Both the position numbers and the translations under genes were made by a program. This document shows positions 26,832-32,000 of a stretch of DNA of 32,000 bases, in pieces; position 1 is the first letter of the stretch, and every line of letters begins with the position of its first letter. Under the pieces are notes generated by a model that worked only from the letters and a program-made list of their open reading frames with translations, was not told where the DNA came from and ran no database searches. Source of the DNA: Bacillota bacterium (lineage in GTDB: Bacteria; Bacillota; Clostridia; Acetivibrionales; DTU013); contig JAEXNT010000076.1 of the NCBI GenBank assembly GCA_023439545.1, forward strand, positions 1 to 32,000, in the 5' to 3' direction.

Positions 26832-26960
26832 GGACGATCGTTATGGAAGATCCCAACGGGTCGACTGTAACGGGACGCACCTCTGGAGAGACCGTCATGG
26901 CGCCGAAGGGGCAAATTTCCGTTAATACGGAAATCATCTCTCAGGCAAAAGGACAGAGTA
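26832..26960 (+). promoter_or_regulatory. Glycine riboswitch: one complete aptamer (26878-26958) preceded by a degenerate aptamer-like element (26832-26877)
   Basis: CUCUGGAGAGACC..GGCGCCGAAGGGGCAA, then P3 AUUUCCG-UUAAUA-CGGAAAU, then CUCUCAGGCAAAAGGACAGAG. P1 is CUCUG (26881-26885) with CAGAG (26954-26958). The 3' core CUCUCAGGCAAAAGGACAGAG is identical to the V. cholerae VCI-II aptamer sequence as I recall it. The upstream element has only weak echoes (CCCAACGGGUC, ACUGUAACGGGAC) plus a GGacGAUC/GAUCCC hairpin. Confidence 0.88.
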
Positions 26961-26996
26961 CGGGTATATTGAATAAAATCAATATTAATTTTCAGA

Positions 26997-27030
26997 GGTC
27001 AAATCGAAAGATTTGGCCTTTAATATTTAT
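26997..27030 (+). terminator. Candidate expression-platform terminator of the glycine riboswitch
   Basis: GGUCAAAUC-GAAA-GAUUUGGCC: 9 bp with one G-U pair and a GNRA loop. Followed by an interrupted U-rich tract, UUUAAUAUUUAU. Its 5' arm overlaps CAGAGGU (26993-26999), which is complementary to the aptamer P1 5' strand. Confidence 0.5.
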
Positions 27031-27061
27031 ATAACACTTATGAGATTACGGAGGTAGAAAG

Positions 27062-28297
27062 ATGTATCAGATAGACCTGATAAAAAAAATTGATCCGGAA
27101 GTGGCTGAAAGCATTGAAAATGAAGTGAACAGGCAGAGGAACAAGCTTGAGATGATAGCTTCCGAGAACTTTGTAAGCGAAGCGGTCCTGCAGGCTCTGG
27201 GCACGCCGCTGACAAATAAATATGCGGAAGGATATCCGGGCAAACGTTATTACGGAGGGTGCGAATTTGTTGACGTAGTGGAACAGCTGGCGATAGACAG
27301 GGCGAAGCAACTGTTCGGCGCGGACCATGTCAATGTCCAGCCGCATTCAGGCGCCCAGGCGAACTCGGCCGTTTACTTTGCAATGCTGGATCCGGGCGAT
27401 ACGATACTAGGTTTGGATCTCGCGCACGGCGGGCATCTGAGCCACGGTATGAAAAAGAATATTTCGGGAAAGTACTACAAATCCGAATTCTACCAGGTAA
27501 GGGAAGACAACAGCTATATAGACTACGACGCGCTTTTGCGCAAGGCCAGGGAAATAAGGCCCAGGATAATTGTTGCGGGCGCCAGCGCTTATCCGAGGAT
27601 TATCGATTTCAAGGCATTCAGCGAGATAGCTAAGGAAGCCGGTTCATACCTGATGGTCGACATGGCGCACATCGCAGGTCTCGTTGCTGCCGGTCTGCAT
27701 CCGAGTCCCGTTCCGTACGCCGATTTTGTAACGACAACTACTCATAAGACACTCAGGGGCCCAAGAGGCGGTATGATAATGTGCAGGGAGGAATTCGCCA
27801 AAGCTGTCGATTCGGCAGTATTCCCGGGAACACAGGGCGGACCGCTCATGCACGTCATAGCCGCAAAAGCGGTAAGCTTCAAGGAAGCTTTGACTGATGA
27901 ATTCAAGACCTACCAGCAGCAGATAGTAAAAAACGCGAAGGCGCTTGCACAGGCAATGCTGGATGAAGGCTTCAACCTCGTTTCGGGGGGCACGGACAAC
28001 CACCTGATGCTGGTCGATCTGACCAATATCAACGTTACAGGCAAACAAGCACAGCTCTGGCTCGATGATGTGGGCATCACTGTAAACAAGAACGCAATAC
28101 CCTTCGACAAGCAAAAACCTTCGGTTACAAGTGGAATAAGAATCGGCACGCCTGCGCTGACCTCAAGGGGCATGAAAGAAGCCGACATGAAGGAGATAGC
28201 CGGACTGATCAGGCTGACGCTCACAGATTACGAAAACTCGGCTGAAAAAGTCAGGAACAGTGTTGCGGTTCTTTGCAAGAAGTATCCTTTGTATTGA
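27062..28297 (+). CDS. glyA: Serine hydroxymethyltransferase
   Basis: 411 aa. [25 protein letters not shown], and the PLP-Lys motif [19 protein letters not shown] 7 nt upstream of the ATG. Confidence 0.97.
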   Translation: MYQIDLIKKIDPEVAESIENEVNRQRNKLEMIASENFVSEAVLQALGTPLTNKYAEGYPGKRYYGGCEFVDVVEQLAIDRAKQLFGADHVNVQPHSGAQANSAVYFAMLDPGDTILGLDLAHGGHLSHGMKKNISGKYYKSEFYQVREDNSYIDYDALLRKAREIRPRIIVAGASAYPRIIDFKAFSEIAKEAGSYLMVDMAHIAGLVAAGLHPSPVPYADFVTTTTHKTLRGPRGGMIMCREEFAKAVDSAVFPGTQGGPLMHVIAAKAVSFKEALTDEFKTYQQQIVKNAKALAQAMLDEGFNLVSGGTDNHLMLVDLTNINVTGKQAQLWLDDVGITVNKNAIPFDKQKPSVTSGIRIGTPALTSRGMKEADMKEIAGLIRLTLTDYENSAEKVRNSVAVLCKKYPLY

Positions 28298-28422
28298 TTC
28301 AAACTATCGTGATAACAGCTGCAGCTCCATTGCTGTTTCCTGTGTCACTTTACTGTTTGCCTGGTCATAGGCTTTGCAGACGACTCATTTTATAGTAAAA
28401 TAAGTATAACCATTAAGAAAAC

Positions 28423-28467
28423 ATACAGACAGGGTGTCGATCCTAGTGAACGGCGTCTTGTCTGTAT
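28423..28467 (+). other. Long RNA-type hairpin (17 bp including 4 G-U pairs) in the glyA-rarA spacer
   Basis: AUACAGACAGGGUGUCG (28423-28439) pairs with CGGCGUCUUGUCUGUAU (28451-28467) around an 11-nt loop. The G-U pairs would be C-A mismatches on the minus strand, so the structure favours a + strand RNA. The following tract AUUGUUC is only weakly U-rich. Confidence 0.45.
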
Positions 28468-28545
28468 ATTGTTCAATTGAACATGGAAGGTTGTCGACTG
28501 GTGCGCACTGTAATGCCGACAATTGTTTTCATCAATTGCGGTTGG

Positions 28546-28618
28546 GTAGATTATTGCTTCGCAATAATCATTGGACTGCTGCGCAGCAAAGTAATGTAGA
28601 TTATTGCTTCGAATAATC
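28546..28618 (+). repeat. Two copies of a 23-24 nt unit, each an inverted repeat, flanking a 12-nt palindrome just upstream of the rarA RBS
   Basis: GTAGATTATTGCTTCGCAATAATC (28546-28569; arms GATTATTGC/GCAATAATC) and GTAGATTATTGCTTCGAATAATC (28596-28618; arms GATTATT/AATAATC). TGCTGCGCAGCA lies at 28577-28588. The rarA SD GGGAGGA begins at 28621. Confidence 0.7.
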
Positions 28619-28630
28619 TTGGGAGGATTT

Positions 28631-29920
28631 ATGCCTGACAGAAAAGAACCGCTCGCTTACAGGATGAGCCCACGGACAATAGAAGAATTCGTCGGGCAGG
28701 AGCATATAACGGGCAAGGGTAAGATGCTTTACAGGATGATCAAGGCGGACAGGATATCCTCGATTATTTTATATGGACCTCCCGGTACTGGAAAGACTTC
28801 GCTTGCAAGGATTATAGCCGCTACCACCGCGTCCAGTTTTGAAAAACTGAATGCCGTAATCGCGGGCGTGGCTGATATAAAGAGAATAGTAGCGGATACA
28901 CAGAACCTTATGCTCAACCCAAGCGGAAGGACTGTTCTGTTCATAGACGAAATACACCGTTTCAACAAAGCGCAGCAGGACGCGTTACTGCCTTTTGTAG
29001 AGAACGGTACGATAGTACTAATTGGCGCAACTACCGAAAATCCGTATTTTGAAGTCAACAAGGCTTTGATTTCGCGGTCGTCGGTCTTTATGCTAAAGCC
29101 TCTCAACAAGAGTGATATAGAGAAGATCATAAGATCGGCGCTTTCGGACAGGGAACGGGGATTGGGCGGGTATGACCTTATAACCGACGGTGACGCGGTT
29201 TCCTACCTGGCCGAGGTTTCGAACGGGGACGCGAGAATTGCATTGAACGCCATAGAACTCGCGGCAGAAACCTCGGAATTGGAAAGCGACGGCCATATCC
29301 ACATAACTGTAAATACTATAGAGGAATGCGTTCAGAGGAAAGCAATCACCTTCGATAAATCCGGGGAAGCCCATTACGACAACATAAGCGCATTTATAAA
29401 ATCGATGAGGGGCAGCAATCCCGACGCGGCTCTGTTCTATCTTGCCAGGGCGCTTTATGCTGGAGAAGACCCAGAATTCCTGATCCGGAGGATCATAATA
29501 TGCGCTTCGGAGGATGTGGGAATGGCAAATCCAACGGCGCTGCAAGTAGCTGTTGCCGCCGCCGAAGGAATACATATGATCGGAATGCCCGAGGCAAGGC
29601 TGTTGCTTGCGCACGCGGCTGTGACGGTTGCAACGAGCCCCAAGTCCAATTCCTGTTACAAGGCTCTCGGAAAGGCCATGCAGGACGTTGAAACAAAGCG
29701 TACGGGCGAAGTGCCGATGCATCTTCGGAATGCTCCGGTCAGAGGCATGGCGGACCAGGGCTACGGCGTAGGTTACAAGTATGCGCATGATTATCCCGGC
29801 AATATTGTGAAGCAGGAATTCTTCCCTGAAGAGATGAAGGGTACAATATATTACGAACCTACCTCGAACGGATATGAAAACAAGATCCGGGAATGGCTCG
29901 AAAGGTTCAGAAATAGCTGA
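28631..29920 (+). CDS. rarA: Replication-associated recombination protein A (MgsA/RarA AAA+ ATPase)
   Basis: EFVGQEH.., Walker A GPPGTGKTS, Walker B LFIDEIHRFNK, and the C-terminal MgsA domain (HYD.ISAFIKSMRGS.PDAALFYLARAL..GEDP.F). The ATG at 28631 follows GGGAGGA by 4 nt; the track start at 28604 adds 9 aa and lacks an RBS. Confidence 0.93.
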   Translation: MPDRKEPLAYRMSPRTIEEFVGQEHITGKGKMLYRMIKADRISSIILYGPPGTGKTSLARIIAATTASSFEKLNAVIAGVADIKRIVADTQNLMLNPSGRTVLFIDEIHRFNKAQQDALLPFVENGTIVLIGATTENPYFEVNKALISRSSVFMLKPLNKSDIEKIIRSALSDRERGLGGYDLITDGDAVSYLAEVSNGDARIALNAIELAAETSELESDGHIHITVNTIEECVQRKAITFDKSGEAHYDNISAFIKSMRGSNPDAALFYLARALYAGEDPEFLIRRIIICASEDVGMANPTALQVAVAAAEGIHMIGMPEARLLLAHAAVTVATSPKSNSCYKALGKAMQDVETKRTGEVPMHLRNAPVRGMADQGYGVGYKYAHDYPGNIVKQEFFPEEMKGTIYYEPTSNGYENKIREWLERFRNS

Positions 29921-29933
29921 AAGGAAGTGCAGG

Positions 29934-30236
29934 ATGTTAAAGAGGGTTCTGGCGTGGATTCTTTTGATAGGTTTCGTACTGCTATTATTGAATATAGCGA
30001 TATTCCATTTTTACTGGCAGATATTCATGGCGGTTTATGTAGTAATAATCATTTTCTTCGTGCTTTCCAACGGTAAAATAGTGCCTGTGCAGACAGAGGC
30101 CGGGCATAATCCGTATGGCGGCAATAATGACGCCGATATTCCGGATACTGCCGCTGACGGAATTTATACTGAAGAGGACAGTAAAGAAAACGACAAAGAA
30201 AATGACAAAGAAAACGGCAAAGGCAAAGATCAATAA
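29934..30236 (+). CDS. Small two-TM membrane protein with an acidic KEND-repeat tail (hypothetical)
   Basis: The ATG at 29934 follows AAGGAAG. MLKRVLAWILLIGFVLLLLNIAIF and IFMAVYVVIIIFFVL are hydrophobic. The tail reads EEDSKENDKENDKENGKGKDQ. Confidence 0.55.
   Translation: MLKRVLAWILLIGFVLLLLNIAIFHFYWQIFMAVYVVIIIFFVLSNGKIVPVQTEAGHNPYGGNNDADIPDTAADGIYTEEDSKENDKENDKENGKGKDQ
30183..30230 (+). repeat. Four imperfect tandem 12-nt units inside the small membrane protein gene
   Basis: aaagaaaacgac / aaagaaaatgac / aaagaaaacggc / aaaggcaaagat, encoding KEND-KEND-KENG-KGKD. Confidence 0.8.
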
Positions 30237-30256
30237 CAGTCTGGCGGAGGTAAGAT

Positions 30257-31501
30257 ATGCATTTTAAATATGGCTTTGGAAAAAGCTTCAGAGAATTCGA
30301 CATCGATGATAAAAACATTATGGCGGAGCTTAGCCAGAACAGCGTTGAAACCGGGCTTACTGGTGCGGACGAAGTTATACGCGCACTAAAGGAACCTATC
30401 GGGACCGGCAGGCTGTCTGCGATCGTCAAACCCGGTGAGAAGATAGTCATAATAACGAGCGACATCACAAGACCGATGCCGAGCAGGATCGCGCTTCCTC
30501 CGCTTATGGAGGAGCTTGCGCAGGCCGGGGTCAGGAATGACGATATAACTGTGGTATTTGCACTCGGAAACCATAGAAAGCAAACCGAAGACGAAAAAAA
30601 ATTCCTTGTCGGGGAAGAAATCTATAATAAGGTCAGATGCATCGACAGTGATGTAAAACGCTGTAAAATGCTCGGCAAAACTTCGTCAGGCACACCGGTT
30701 GAAATATTCGAAGAGGTGACCGACGCGGACAGGGTAATTTGCCTGGGAAACATCGAGTATCATTACTTTGCCGGATACAGCGGCGGCGCAAAAGCGATTA
30801 TGCCGGGCGTTTCCACGAGGGCCGCAATACAGGCGAACCACAGCGGAATGGTAAAGGATGCGGCAAGGGCGGGCGCTATCGATGACAATCCCGTAAGGCA
30901 GGATATAGAAGAGGTTGTACGGTTCATTCCTATTGATTTCATACTTAACGTCGTTTTGGATGAAAACAAGAAGATAATAAAAGCGGTCGCAGGACACCAC
31001 GTTGAGGCGCACAGGGTCGGCTGCCGTTTCCTTGATGGCCTATACAAGGTCATTATACCGCAAAAGGCGGATATAGTTATAACCACACCGGGTGGTTTCC
31101 CGAAGGACATAAACCTTTACCAGGCGCAGAAGGCTCTCGATAACGCCAAGCATGCCGTGAGGGACGGCGGTATCATAATACTGCTTGCCGCCTGTACCGA
31201 GGGCTATGGGGAATCGGTCTTCGAAAGATGGATCAATGAAGCGTCATCTCCGGATGATCTCGTAAAAAAGATCAGGGACAATTTTGAACTGGGAGGACAC
31301 AAGGCTGCAGCAATTGCGCTTGTTGAGAAAAAAGCGGAAGTATTCATGGTATCGGATATGCCGGAGGAGCTGTCCCGTAAGCTTTACATGGAGCCGTTCG
31401 ACAGCATGGAGGCCGCTCTTGCGAAGGCTTTCGGCAAACTCGGAAAGGATGCCCGCGTATTGCTCATGCCACATGGGGGCTCGACTCTGCCGGTATTGTG
31501 A
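30257..31501 (+). CDS. larA: LarA-family (DUF2088) nickel-pincer-dependent racemase/epimerase homologue
   Basis: 414 aa. SDITRPMP, GNHR, and HYFAGYSGGAKAIMPG match the LarA-family substrate- and cofactor-binding motifs as I recall them. GGAGG 6 nt upstream of the ATG. Confidence 0.75.
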   Translation: MHFKYGFGKSFREFDIDDKNIMAELSQNSVETGLTGADEVIRALKEPIGTGRLSAIVKPGEKIVIITSDITRPMPSRIALPPLMEELAQAGVRNDDITVVFALGNHRKQTEDEKKFLVGEEIYNKVRCIDSDVKRCKMLGKTSSGTPVEIFEEVTDADRVICLGNIEYHYFAGYSGGAKAIMPGVSTRAAIQANHSGMVKDAARAGAIDDNPVRQDIEEVVRFIPIDFILNVVLDENKKIIKAVAGHHVEAHRVGCRFLDGLYKVIIPQKADIVITTPGGFPKDINLYQAQKALDNAKHAVRDGGIIILLAACTEGYGESVFERWINEASSPDDLVKKIRDNFELGGHKAAAIALVEKKAEVFMVSDMPEELSRKLYMEPFDSMEAALAKAFGKLGKDARVLLMPHGGSTLPVL

Positions 31502-31586
31502 AATGGATGCAATGACAAGCCTTTTGTCTATATGTCCCACCAATGAAACAAAAGAACCGTCCCTGAGTTTCGGATGAATAATATAG

Positions 31587-31615
31587 TTGACAACTGCAAA
31601 TCGTAGTGATATCTT
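31587..31615 (+). promoter_or_regulatory. Possible promoter of the Rrf2 regulator gene
   Basis: TTGACA (31587-31592), 17-nt spacer, TGaTATCTT (extended -10, 31607-31615). A TATAAT at 31616-31621 is 23 nt from the -35 and therefore less likely. Confidence 0.35.
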
Positions 31616-31696
31616 TATAATTGAAAACCAAGTAAAATACTCGGAAAAAATCCAGAGCAAATTAGTTGGAAATTAGCCTGATGTGGAGGCGATGGA

Positions 31697-32000
31697 ATGA
31701 AGTTTTCGACAAAGGGCAGATATGGATTGAAAGCGATGCTTGACCTGGCTGTTCACAACAGCGAAGGGCAGGTGGTATTGAAAAGTATCGCGGAAAGACA
31801 GGGCCTGTCGGAAAATTACCTTGAACAGTTGTTTGCAGTTTTGAAAAAAGCGAAGCTTGTCAAAAGCGAGCGGGGATCCCAGGGAGGATATACCTTGGCG
31901 GAAGATCCCGAAAAAATCACTGTCGGTGACATATTGCGCGCGCTTGAGGGACCGCTGGTAGCTAACGAATGCGCGGCAGAGCACGGAGAATGCTGCAGCA
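31697..32000 (+). CDS. Rrf2-family transcriptional regulator (IscR/CymR type), 3' end truncated by the window
   Basis: MKFSTKGRYGLKAMLDLA..., helix-turn-helix LSENYLEQLFAVLKKAKLVKSERGSQGGY, then a Cys cluster beginning ECAAEHGECC. GGAGG 7 nt upstream of the ATG. The ORF is open to the window end and is absent from the ORF track because it has no stop. Confidence 0.85.
   Translation, partial: MKFSTKGRYGLKAMLDLAVHNSEGQVVLKSIAERQGLSENYLEQLFAVLKKAKLVKSERGSQGGYTLAEDPEKITVGDILRALEGPLVANECAAEHGECCS

Noticed and set aside
26850-26910. Initial idea that the glyA leader is a ZTP (pfl-motif) riboswitch, because of GGGUCGACUG...ACCGUCAUGGCG and the known pfl/glyA association
   Set aside because: The resemblance is partial. 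The same region matches the glycine-riboswitch core (GGAGAG, CGCCGAAGGGGCAA, CUCUCAGGCAAAAGGACAGAG) far better.
26843-27034. 63-aa ORF in the glyA leader
   Set aside because: It lies entirely within the glycine-riboswitch aptamer and expression platform, has no SD, and is explained by the RNA element.
28469-28482. TGTTCAATTGAACA palindrome as a possible LexA box upstream of rarA
   Set aside because: The half-sites are in the wrong order (GTTC-N4-GAAC rather than GAAC-N4-GTTC), so it does not fit the Cheo box.
28434-28616. 60-aa ORF, and a 38-aa ATG-initiated ORF at 28483, in the glyA-rarA spacer
   Set aside because: Neither has a Shine-Dalgarno sequence. The sequence is dominated by palindromes and repeats, so RNA or DNA structure is the better explanation.
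28298-28630. 6S RNA gene upstream of rarA
   Set aside because: By eye I could not find the long closing stem plus central bubble expected of 6S RNA. The idea rests only on my recollection of loose synteny in Bacillus. It remains a cmsearch suggestion in the findings, not a call.
31616-31680. CymR/IscR operator upstream of the Rrf2 gene (GGAAATT near 31663-31669)
   Set aside because: It is only a loose resemblance to my recollection of the CymR consensus, with no clear dyad. That is not enough to call.
1-32000. Search for mobile elements, CRISPR arrays, tRNA/rRNA genes or defence-island hallmarks
   Set aside because: I saw no transposase or integrase motifs, no regularly spaced direct repeats, no tRNA-like cloverleaf candidates, and no nuclease/helicase/methylase genes outside mutS, mutL and rarA. 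The window appears to be core genome.

Overview
This window reads as core-genome DNA from a Clostridia-class Firmicute. Supporting this are an SLH-domain protein, a T-box leader, Cheo-type SOS boxes, and Bacillus/Clostridium-type synteny: miaB, a ymcA-like gene, mutS, mutL, miaA, hfq; a nifZ/iscS-like gene with thiI; and rarA followed by an Rrf2 regulator. I call 25 protein genes. Nearly all are on the + strand; lexA and a two-gene unit (SLH/GH18-like protein plus TPR membrane protein) are on the - strand. I saw no rRNA, tRNA, CRISPR array, transposase, integrase, toxin-antitoxin pair or recognisable defence gene. I do not find a convincing novel multi-gene system here. The interesting content is cis-regulatory. 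(1) The ~255-nt glyA leader holds a glycine-riboswitch aptamer whose 3' core (about 21 nt) matches the Vibrio cholerae VCI-II reference sequence as I recall it. It appears to be a singlet preceded by a degenerate element, and is followed by a terminator-like hairpin and competing pairing partners. (2) lexA is divergent from a small TM+LysM gene (YneA-like SOS division inhibitor candidate), with three GAAC-N4-GTTC boxes laid over two near-consensus promoters. (3) A Met T-box leader precedes a metG whose KMSKS motif reads KASSS. (4) The 330-nt intergenic region before rarA is dense with palindromes and carries a duplicated 23-nt hairpin unit capable of four-segment alternative pairing. (5) A cluster of five GC-rich hairpins is cut by the window start. 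All calls rest on reading the sequence and recalling family motifs; no searches or folding computations were run.
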